From: Vicugna vicugna
Taxonomy: Eukaryota
Reading direction: 5' to 3'
DNA length: 64,000 bases
Assembly (NCBI GenBank): GCA_013265495.1
Contig: MU058687.1
Location: forward strand, 4,772,093 to 4,836,092
The stretch's first letter is position 1. Every line of letters begins with the position of its first letter. Under the pieces are notes generated by a model. It was given only the letters and a program-made list of their open reading frames with translations, had not been told where the DNA came from and ran no database searches. The translations under genes were made by a program, and so were the position numbers. Shown here in pieces: positions 25,495 through 36,595 of the stretch.

Positions 25495-26830
25495 TTTTAA
25501 TTCAACACGTATTTATGGAACAGCAGTTTATTTTGAAGTTGGTGGAGATGTGAAGAGGTTTAATGTCAAGGAGGGAAATACAGATTGTACACATGGCTCT
25601 GTTTTAAGGCAGGATGGGCTATATATCAAGGCAAGTAAGAATATTGATGGTTGTAGACATTAAAGAAACTCACATAGACTGGGTGGCTCAGATTTTGACA
25701 GGTGGGACCCAAAGAAAGAACATGCCAGGTGAAGATACTAGCGTAAATATAACCTCAAAGGAAGGAAATACAGGCTGTGTTCTCAAATTAGGTGTGCAGT
25801 CGGACCAGAATGCGTGGCTTGAGGGATAGGCAGACCGTGTGGGACGGCAGAAGATCGCCTGTTTTAGAGGCATGTGGTCTGTGATTCAAGACCTAGCCCT
25901 GCCTCCAACCAGCTCTTTGTCCTTGGGTGACTTATTGGATTTCTCTATAAAACAATAATGCCACTTTGTAAGTCTGTGTAAAGATTTATAGTAACATGTG
26001 AAAATGTTTCATGAGTCTTATCTGGTTCACAGTAGATGTAAAACTAATGATAGCTATGCTTTTAGTTTGTTTTTTTTTTCTTCCCATGTACTTGAGGCCT
26101 GTAGTGGGGAGAACTTGAATGCCATGTTGATAGATTGCTTCTGAAAACAGTGAGAAGACATTGAAAGTTTTTGAGCAGAAGATGAAATGCCCAAAGCTTA
26201 ATTTTTAGGAAGATGGTGTTGGTTCTGTTGAAAGAATTTTTTTCAGTGGGTTCAAGGAAAATAAATAGCAGGTGATTGTCTAAGTGGTCCAGGAAATATG
26301 TTTTTAAGGATTTATTCTATGATGATGATCATAGGAAGGTAACAAGGACGAAACAAAAGGACATTTGAGAGAGAGAATCAATAGGCATTGCTAGCTGGTT
26401 GGATGGAAGAGAGAGGTAAGGAATGTCTAGATTGAGAAGGTTATGATTTCATTAACAGCAAAAATACAACAGGGGCCATATAAGAAAACTAGATTTTAGG
26501 ATGAGGTCATAGTTTGATGTTGGCGTTACAAAACATAAGGCATCCAAGAGTCAATCTATAGCGGTTTCCATTAGGAAATATGTGATGAACTCAGATGAGA
26601 GATAAGGGCTAGCGTCAGGGACTTGTGGATCATCAGCCTGGCCATGACAGTAGAAGCACTGAGGATTGCTAAGATCTCCAGGGAGAGAGGCAGATCTTGG
26701 GAAATAGGTGCGTAACTTTACAAGATGAAGGAGGAAAAGGAAGGAAGCTAAAAGGAAAAAGCTAGAGGTTCAGGGAAGACCAAGACAGTGAAGTTTTACA
26801 GAAATCAAAGAGCTGGAGAGAGATTTTTCT
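25495..26830 (-). mobile_element. L2 fragment with an internal MIR (about 25870-26065, +)
   Basis: L2 3' end in reverse (ttcaacacgtatttatggaa), then purine-rich L2 body (cattgaaagtttttgagcagaaga). Confidence 0.65.
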
Positions 26831-27019
26831 ATCCTAAGTAGTTCTAGAGCTATTTTCTCCCATACCTTCTAGTCAAACCTCTGTCATTGGAAATCGCTTT
26901 GTGAGGACGTCTCATTCGTCTTTATTGTTATTTGTCACAGCTTACAATTTTTGTCATTCAGGTCCTCTCGCCAGTCATTCTGTGCTTCTTTTCTTGGTAG
27001 TTGTCATGAGCATCACTAA

Positions 27020-27205
27020 CTTAGAGCCAGAAGATGCAGGGCCCAGTCCTGGCTCTGCCACCGACTAGCAGTTATCTTACATAAACGGTGGAGCTATAGG
27101 TACTATTCTGCCAGCCTCATAGTATTGGTAGAGAGGGTCAAATGAGAGAATTCCTGTGAATGTGCCCTGTTACTATTGAAAGACCTACAAAATAAATAAT
27201 TGTTT
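27020..27205 (+). mobile_element. MIR
   Basis: ccagtcctggctctgccaccgactagc...gagggtcaaatgagagaa. Confidence 0.65.
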
Positions 27206-27749
27206 TCCTAATAATATCGGTATGCCTACAACGCCCTAGAGGTCTTGGTGCCTACAAGAGATTGTGGCTGGAGACCTGTAAATGAACATCTAAAATATGC
27301 AACAGGAAGGTTAACAACCAGGCAAAGGGGAATCAGAGCCAAAATGGGAGTCAACCTGACTGCCGGATCCCAAGACCTGCTATGGTCCTCAAAGGGTATG
27401 GTTTTAAGGTCATGCTATAGTTCCCTAAAGAAGAAATCCCCTGATCCCAGGGATCACCATGGGCAGTGAGGCGTGGAATCTGATTACCTTTATCATTATC
27501 TCAGCTTCAATAGCTACAAATGTCACTACTGCTCTTAAAATTATCCAGCTTTTTTTTTAAAATGCGAACGACAGTACTTAGGTTACTAAACCCGTTTGGA
27601 AATGAACTCCACTGGTTGACTTTTCAAAGGAAAGCACGTGGCTCCATTCTGTTTCCTGTAGCATTCAGTAACGCACAGTAAGTCAGCTCTGCACAAACTC
27701 GTGTGCTTACCTGATGACAGGCATGTTTTTCTAATTGCTTCTGTGTTTG

Positions 27750-27940
27750 CTGTTTTATTTATTGTCCAGGCAGTGTGCCTGCCACTTTGCATGTATCAGC
27801 TCACTTAGTCCTCACAGCACTGTCGAGCTGGTGGGGATCACTTCTGTTCTGGAGATTGAGTGAGGCTCAGGGGAGGACAGAGGGCTGAACATTGGCATTG
27901 TTTGAGTCTAATGTCATATATACAGCTTTCTAGAATTACC
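27750..27940 (-). mobile_element. MIR
   Basis: ctcacttagtcctcacagcactg...tgaggctcag. Confidence 0.55.
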
Positions 27941-30570
27941 TGTTTGATATTGAGGTTGGATGTGGTGAATTTAGCAGGACCTGTGATTTCTTTTTTTTTT
28001 TTTTGATCCACACAGTTAAGAATGGTAAACAGAAATAGGAGTGGAGCACAGTATTTTGGCTGAAGCAAAATACGTAATTGAAACTAAGTCACTTTATTTT
28101 TGGATTCAAGGGCATTCTTTACTTTATATTTGACTACTTCCCAGTATGTTTTTTGTCTCAACAGTATTGAGGCAGCCAGTTACCCCCGAGGGCTTTCTTA
28201 ACCACCCTTATGCACAATGGGCCTGGAAACTGATCTGAGGTTTTACATACACTAGGTGGACCAAGAGATTCAGAGGTAACTTTTGTTCCCAAATTTTAAC
28301 AAAAATCCTCTCAAACGTAGCATATCTGAGCAGAAATTGTTGACTAACTGCATTCTCATGCTTCAGTATGTGATAAATGCCTTATTAGACGTCTTCAAGT
28401 GTTCCTACAGGAAAACTGTAAATGATCTCAAATAATACAGAAACACATTTAGTCTCTCTGCAGTCGGTATTTAATTTTTTGTTTCTAATTTAAAACTAAA
28501 TATGAATGTCTTTGAAGCAGCCCTGGGCTGTCATCCATTGGTCTGTTAGCTTCTAGTGTAAAAGTCGACTTTCACACTGGAAGTCACATTTCTTGAAATG
28601 GGAGCAGATTCCCTTCAGGTTGCCGCTGACTTGATGCCTAATCCCTAAGGTTGGTGAGCTTTCACACTGGCTACTCAGATCAGTGATACTGGCGTGGGTT
28701 TCGCAGGACTCAACAGCAAAGTTTCATTCAGCACTAGAGCTTGAAAACAGAAAATGAGTTTGGTGCAATGTGCTTCCCAGAACACAATGCACAACGGGTG
28801 AGAGTCTTGGTCTATCCACAAAGCATTGTGACCTTTACAAACAAAAAGACAAAAATCTCCCTGAGATTTGCTTGGGGATATATACAAGGACAGAGAGCAA
28901 GAAGTATTACCTGACAGACCTCGCTTTAGATGAGAGGCAGGTAGGAGGAATAGAATTCCCAAGTTAAAAGTAGGCAGGCATGCGAACATTGGTAACCCAC
29001 TTTAACAAAAAACAATTTGCTCATTTACAATGGTTTTAACTAGCTCCCGCTGCATGCCAGGTAAACCCCAGGTGCTCGAATGCAAGGGTGAAGGAGACAC
29101 CCAAACCCCCTCAACCACGTGGCGCTCCGGTTCTGGTGAGGGTGTCCTCAGTGCGGACAAGCAATCAGAACCTGAGTTCTGCAGAACTTGGTGAAAGTCC
29201 GAGGTCACTTGTGTTTAACTGGTTAATGTATTCACAGTCTGGCAAATCCCTGCCAAGCTCTTACGTCCATCTTTATACTTTTCTCTGTTTTCCAAATCTC
29301 CATATAAATTCTCTTACACCTATAATCAAAACAGAGCAAAGGACCTTCTTACCAGCTGAGGATTCTGCTGTGACCATCTTAATGACCACTCTAGTTCGTT
29401 TTCAGTACCAAAAGGAAACGGAAAAAGAATAACATTTTCACCCCTAGTTTCTCTTCTTTGTTCTTTGTAATGACCGTGGCCATTCCTATTGCTTCATTTT
29501 GTAATTGTGCAGGATGACTTCAGAACATCACCCATGTTTCACAGATAGCAGATTGCTAGAGGCATCCACACAGCACTAACTGAGAAAAAAGAAAGACAAA
29601 ACCCCAAATCAACCAAATGAAAACCCACGGTCCCTGGAAGACAGACCACGCCGCGTCCGGTGTACTTTCCAAGCCCACCTAGGCCATCACATCTGCACAT
29701 TGACCTAGAGATCCCCCTCCCCGACCCCAGGCCTTTGCAAGATCACCCCCTGTGGTGGCAGTATCAGTATAAATTAGGTTTCTGCCTTCACTTAACTGAA
29801 TGCTACAGGAAACAGAATGGAACCACATGTTTCCCTTTGATTCACACCCAAACACTGCAAAACAGAGTGTGCGCGTCCTCCTTCAAGCTGTGCGTGTGCG
29901 TTAAACACATGCAAACATTGGACTGAAACGCAGACACAGTTAAGTCAGCTCTGGGCAAAACCACGGAAGTCTTTTTCCTTCCTTTCTCTAAATCTCGATA
30001 TTTTATTTGAGCTAGGTCTTTGCAGAGATTCAAAGAATGCTGTTTTACAGTGATTCTCCAAAGGGCAATTAAACGTGTTTCATCCAAAACTGAGTAATCA
30101 CCATATCATAACACATCCTCTTTTGGAACTGGGAATTTACCATTAGCACTCTCCTTAAAAATTACTATCAATTTTTGAAAAAGGGAACAAAAAACACCCA
30201 CTGTATATAATTGACATAAAAGAACATAGAAGGCATGTTAGGAAAGTGTTTTCTTATGTTTCTACAAATTGCTTCTTTGTTAAAAGTCAGTGTTTGTTAT
30301 AAGTAGAACATTAACAAAGAATCCTCCTGTGGCATAAACCCCAAGCCTAGCAGGAAGACGACACTTCTCTTTTAGGCAAGCAGATTGAGTTCCCGTGTTT
30401 CTCTCCGAGGGCGTAATTGCTATTGCAAAATGGAGAGATCTGACGTCAAATTCTGTGCATGTGGTGGTACATGATGTGGGCTGGTCAGAAGGTTTTGTGG
30501 GACACCTCAATGCTGCAGAGGCCAAAATCACAGGATTGACACAAATTAACTTCATTTCACACAGGAGGAC

Positions 30571-30572
<2 letters not shown>

Positions 30573-30611
<39 letters not shown>

Positions 30612-30616
30612 TGTGT
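30573..30616. repeat. (GT)n microsatellite, one interruption
   Basis: Read directly from the sequence. Confidence 0.97.
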
Positions 30617-31157
30617 TTTAAAGACTAAAGAGAACAGCACTGTTCTGTGAACTGTAACTCTGCTCTGGCCATCAAGAGTTAGCAGGAACCCTGAACCTGG
30701 ATTGCTAGATTTGGGAAACCTAACCGCTGCTTTTCAGGCAGCACTTTCTGGAAGCACTGGAAACATGAAGTCACTGTGGGTGTCCATAAGAAGTCATGGC
30801 TTTATTCCCTTATGCATCTGGGATGGAATGGCTGGGCTGGATCTGACGCCCTCCGAGGGGGACTTTGCTGTTCGTGAAGTCTGTGCGGGGCTGGGTCTAG
30901 CTGTGCCCTCCCCACTGGTCATGGACCAGGTCAGCACACTTAGGTTCCTGAGCTTATGCAGGGGAGCTCTCTCTTGCCACTGCCCCGACACCTCCTTCCT
31001 TCCTGGATTCACTGGACTGGATGGAAGAGCAAGAATGGAGTCTTTCCTTCTTCTCTCTCCCTAGTGTGGGGCAGCGCTGCGCAAATCAGCTCTTCTGCTT
31101 AGTCCAGCATCCTGATTTCTCATCTCAGAGGACAGGGTGTTCCTTGTCTTCAGCGTG

Positions 31158-31420
31158 AGGGGTTTACAGACTGTGCCCCGTGAGTGTCCCATGGGCCTCA
31201 TCCAATACACAAATGTATTTTAATTTTCAGATAACTCATATATAATTTTAGATTTCCAGTTTTTGTTTTTGTTTTAATTGGAAGCTTCAGGGGCATGGGG
31301 CCAGTGTTCCTATGTGGCCTGGATCAGCTGGGTATGAGGAACTGTCCCTAATTTTATGACAGAGCCTTTCCAGCCACCCCCCATCTCCACCCACTCATCT
31401 CTCCCTGTGTTTCCTGTATA
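31158..31420. mobile_element. MER102-like hAT-Charlie fragment
   Basis: Resembles recalled MER102 motifs (gatttccagttt...ggaagcttcagg...gggccagtgttcc...atcagctgg). Confidence 0.45.
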
Positions 31421-32825
31421 TAATCTGTTCTTTCGAGTGACACATGTGTAATGGTTTTAACTCAGTGGTCCAGCTGACTGGTGCTCTTGGAAGCACCTTC
31501 GTACTGAACATAAAATGGTAACTTACAGATGCAGATTTTATTAATTTTCCTGGGAAAAGTTGGGTCTCATTCCTCAAATACGACATTATATAGGAGATGC
31601 AGAAAATAACATATTTTCCCGTGTTTTAAGTCATAATTTTACAAGTTTGGTGTGTCAGGGTTTTCTTGACTCTTCTCTTCACACAAATCGTCTTCACACA
31701 AATCTCGGATTACTCAGCCTTCTCTGAAGGGTGCGTCTGTCTGAGAGCTCTGAGTTCTGACAGGAGGGAGAGGTGGCATGCTACTGAGGAACGCAGTCAT
31801 CCTATTTCTTACTCAGGGGCTCCGGGCTGTCTGTAGCAGAATGCTTTGAGCGCGTCCTCTGGGGATAGCTTGTCCTGTTCCCTTCCTCAGATAAGCAAGG
31901 ATTTCTTTGTCCCCCGACTCCTGACAATTTTACCTAAACTTTTTCTTCCATTGCTTCAGGCCATCGCTCCTGGTCATATCATCTTCTGAGAGGATAAATA
32001 ATTCTTTCCCTTCCATTATATTGTTACCTTGGAAGTATTTATAGGCTGTGATCTCGTCCCCCGGAGTCACAGCTTTGCCAGATTTTATAAATTCAGCTCT
32101 CACCCCCTCTCTGTATATGTTTTATCTTCTAGCCTTTATAGCACTCCTTTTTTTTTTTTTTGAGCCTATCTTTGTAGCTTCTATGATATTTCAATATTCT
32201 CCCGCAACTAGAGAGGTCAGACTAGCACATCATATGCCAGGTATCACTGTGAATATTTGATTTTAGGGAGGGAAATCAAGGGGGGGAGTTATTTAAAAAT
32301 TGAACTTAATCTATTTTGTGACTTAGAAAAATAGATAGGATGCTACAGAAATCTATCAGGGCACTGTCAACATGTTTCCCTTTATTTTAACATACTATTA
32401 GAATAATCCTGGAAGATTAAGGGGAAATGATTTTTCTAAGAGAGAATGTCTTGCCCCTGTTAGATATTTGCACCCGTCCTTTAGAGTAAGATATTCTTTA
32501 AAAATACAGGCTTCAAATATGGTTGTGTAATAAGATGTTTTTTTCCCCCACAACACATGTGCTTTTAAAATAATTAACATTATTATTATTATTGTTATTG
32601 TTATGAATATTATTATTCCTGTCTCTGTGGTTTAAATTTAAGAAACAGCATTACACATTTAATTTTAGGAAGAAGAACCAAATTGCAACATGAACCACCT
32701 TGGTCCTGGCTTTAAGTTCTAGTTCACATCTGCTGGCATTGGTCGCATTTCATCAACATGGCAAATTGCTAATAGCCTCCGAGGTGCACTGCAAAGAGCA
32801 AAGACCTGAGTTAGCTCTCTACTAC

Positions 32826-33081
32826 CAGGGTCTCCAAACATTTTTGATTGTCCCACATACCAGGAAAAAAAAAATCAACCGTGCACCACTTATAAATATG
32901 TCTATGGATGATGGAGTGTGCCTATGTGCTAATATGTTATTTATATTCTAAAACTTACAGAAACATCAGAATTTTTGAAAGACAAGATTTGATAAGTAAA
33001 TGTTCCGGTATTTTCCCCCATCACTCAGTGACCCAACTGTGGCACCTCCTGGGGAGGCTCGCTACACTTTGGAGACAATTG
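32826..33081. mobile_element. MER112-like hAT MITE
   Basis: Terminal inverted repeats cagggtctccaaa ... tttggagacaattg with an AT-rich interior. Confidence 0.7.
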
Positions 33082-33559
33082 CTCTGGCAGGATCTCTGTG
33101 CCGACGGAGCGAGCCATCCTTCCCAGCAGCTCCCAGGAGGATGCACAGATGGAGCAGTTAAATGCTGGGGAGCACCTGAGAGAATATGTTGTTCAAACAC
33201 TCATTTTAGAGTTGAAGATAGGGAGACCCAGAGGCTTACCTACCAGCGTTGGTTAAATGAGAAAGCTAGGCATAAAACAGGAGCTTCGCCATTCCCAGGT
33301 TGCAAAGTGTACAGACAAGATGAGTTGTTCTCTTTTAGCGGAAGTTTGAGGAAGGTGGGGGCCGAGCTCCCAGATGATGGAGAAGGTGAGGCCATAGGTT
33401 GTGTTAATGGGGAAGTGTTGTTTGCCTGAGAGATCGCTGCTCACTCCTGCTCCCTTCCATTAAACCCTCTTCACAGGTTCTCTTTCTCTGTCTCTTTCTG
33501 TTTCTCTCTCCAACTCAAAATCCAAAGCTTCTGATTTAATATCAGATCTCAATGAACAA

Positions 33560-33830
33560 AAGCACACTCAGGAGCCAGGCTGAGTTCAACTCCCAACTCT
33601 GTTACTTAACAGTGTTACCTCATGGGTCAGTGACTTCAGCCAAGTTCCTTAACTTCTCTATGCCTCAGTTACCTGGTCTGTTGAAACTGTTGATTATAAA
33701 GTCCCGTACATGTTGATTTGAATATTAAATGAGATGCTACCTCCAGTGGTAAATGAGGAAAGTCCTTGCACACTGCCTGACCCCATCCTGAGTGACCTTT
33801 AAAAGTTAGCTGCTATTATCATTTTATTCA
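33560..33830 (+). mobile_element. MIR
   Basis: gagttcaactcccaactctgttacttaac...cttaacttctctatgcctcagtt...attaaatgagat. Confidence 0.8.
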
Positions 33831-34739
33831 TAATTCCCCCTAAAAACTTTAAAGCGCTTTGCCCCGCATCATCGCATTTCATTTTGCAGCAGGGCCTGAT
33901 GCTATGCGGAGAAAAGCATTTTCCTCCGCACTTCACCCTCACCCCGAGGCCCACGTGTATGCGTATAGCCCAAACCAGTCCTGAGGCCTAGCCAGCCAAC
34001 CTGCATTTCCTTTCCAGCTGGAAACAATGACTCGAAACCCCTTTTAGCAGAGTAGGAACACAGACTCCGGTTTTTTTCTTCTCATTCTCCCCCAGGCCTC
34101 TCCTCTCTGGGCCTGGGGCCTCTGCCCTGCCGGCAGCCTACCCAGCCTGGGGATGCCCGCGGCAGGGGGTGTGGGCGGGTACAGGGGTATCTGCTCACAC
34201 GCCTGGGCGCTCTGCTGTGTGAGAGCCCGTGTCGCAACAGTAACAGCTTCCTCGCAGAGCGAGCTTTCTCCACCCTCTTGGAGTGTTTCCATTCTCTCCA
34301 GCGTTCGGTATCAAGGAGTGTTATTAAATGATAAGGGGGTTGCCTTCTGGTTGTATCTTGTGAGAGGCTGAGAAACAATGAGTGTTGTGACACTTTAGAG
34401 GGCACGGTAGCGCTGATTATGGGAACTCCGTATCACAGAGCAGATCGGGCGGCAGGGCTGCATCCGGGACGCTGCCTCCCTTCCCGGGAGGGTTATTAAT
34501 GGGCCTTCAGACCTGGGAGGACAGATTACGATGTCTGGGCAATGCGATAATTAGAGATGTGTGGCTTATCTCCAGCAGGGCCCGGGCATCGGGGGTGGCA
34601 ACTCTGTTCCACGTATTGAGGCAGGCTGGGAGCTCCAGAGACAGCAGAAAAGTGGAACTTATTGTGGTGACCTTGCCTGAAAAAGGCCATCTCACACTGT
34701 CACCCGTGGGCATTGACGGCAACTGGTATTGAATAAAGA

Positions 34740-35570
34740 GAGCCTGGGGCTGAGGAGCAGAAGACCTGAGTCTGCTTTGCCACCGTGGAGTTTTTCACTC
34801 TTAGAGAATGGAGGCTGTGTTTGCCCTACTCATCTCAAGGAGGTACAACACAGAGGTCACCTCTGTCAAGGTAGCGGGGTGGAGACAAGGATATGTTTGT
34901 GTTTGGGGGGAATAAAGGAGACATAAGATGTTTTCAAGAAGAAGGGAAGGGGTCAGGATAAAGGCAGACATTGCCAATGCCTGGGAGAAGAGGTGAATAA
35001 ATCGATGAACCTGGAGCTAGAGAAGGTAGGAAAGGGGGAGAGAAAAACCAAGGTAGAGGATTTAATTTTGGTCACCCTTCCTACAGAGCAAAGAAGAGAT
35101 GAGGGCTTGGGTAATTGCACCAAAACTCCGAGAAGAAGCGAGTCAAGAAAGTTTATGTCTACTTCAGTGAAAAACAAAATTAAAAGAAAAGAAAAGAAAG
35201 CTCATGTCTGATATTCTTAAGGTTCCCAGTGGAACCAAAAAATTAAGGTCATCTGCTGCAAGTAACGGGGGCAAAGGTAGATTTAGAGACTTGAGGACAG
35301 TGTAAAGCCTTTGAAATGACCTCTCTGGGGTGGTCAGAGGAAGTCAACAAGGCATCTTTCTAACAGTGTCTTGATCTCAGAGTCAGAACACCTTGGGTTT
35401 GGAGCTTCGCTTTCTCTTTTCCTCCTGGGTGGCCCTGAGCAGTCTCCTGTCCCTTCCCCCGTCTGTACTTTAAGGTTATAATCTATGCCTTGCACCCTCC
35501 TTATGAAAATTAAATGTGATCACACCTGTAATGTGCACAACACTGTGCTTGACACATAAAAGCTCCTTAT
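34740..35570. mobile_element. Cluster of MIR / L2 / MIR fragments
   Basis: MIR heads at about 34745 and 35380 flank a purine-rich L2-like segment. Confidence 0.5.
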
Positions 35571-36349
35571 TAGTTTAGGAACGTAGACCTGGTGGGAGAG
35601 AACGCATAAAACATCCAGGGTCGCTGAATAAGACTGTCCAGTTTCAGAGTTGGCTTGTACTGGCCTGACTGTACCAGGATTAAGTCATATTCTTCATAGG
35701 TGTGCACACACCTTCTTTTCAGAGGCTTGTCTGCAGCTCCAGGGCTGCTCATGCTTCACGTTGCTCCTTTCACATGTTTCTGCCTGCTGGTGGCCTTCCA
35801 TTAGGAACCGGATAGAGGAAGCAGGTCTCTGTACAGCGTAATGTGCATCCTAGGCCACTGCATTGGTGCCCATGGCTCATCAATCCAGTCAGGTAAGCCT
35901 CAAGCCACACCACTCTTGGCTGAGAAGGAAGGATTGTTTGCTGAGATTCGTGTGGGTAGGCCGTGTAATTTAGCACCCGAGTTGGCATCGAACCACCTGC
36001 CATAGGCACGGGGCTCATTTTACTCAAAGGATAAGCTGAGAATAAATGTGAAGGCCCCCCTTTTAGAGTTCCCTTTTCCTAAGGCCCTTTTAAGATTTCC
36101 TCTTTATTGCATTTTTGCTTGATTAGTGTAGATAATCACAGATGTGAACATTCACTCCAGCTGGAGTGTAGGTGAAAGCTAACCTGGGGAAGGAAGAAGA
36201 CACTTGGGAAGAAGCATGTAGACACCCCTTCAGATATCTAAAAATTTCCCTTTTGTGAGAAAGCCCCAAGTGAGGTACCAACCCACCTCAAATACTTGAT
36301 AAGAATGAAGAAACATCCTTCAAATGGAGTGGTTATTTTCTTATAAAAA

Positions 36350-36595
36350 TGCCTGCTATTTACCAAGCATCGACTGAGTGCAGGGGTGTATGAGTGTGCC
36401 TGTCTGCTTTTGTTTTGTTTTTCCCTGTAATCCCCACAGTGATCTCAAAGATGGGAACCACTGTCCTCATTTCATAGTTGAGGATCCAAAATTCAGAAAG
36501 GTTAAGTGACTTGCCAAGGATCCTGCCACTTGCAGGCAGCTGAGCCCAGCTTTAAATCCAGGTGTACCCAGAGCTAAAGCCCGGTTCTTTCTCCT
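36350..36595 (-). mobile_element. MIR
   Basis: cctcatttcatagttgagga...aggttaagtgacttgccaagg. Confidence 0.75.

Noticed and set aside
29175..29188. Perfect 14-bp palindrome AGTTCTGCAGAACT
   Set aside because: About 4 are expected by chance in 64 kb (64000/4^7).
32908..33429. 173-aa ORF
   Set aside because: Starts within a MER112-like MITE and resembles no known protein.
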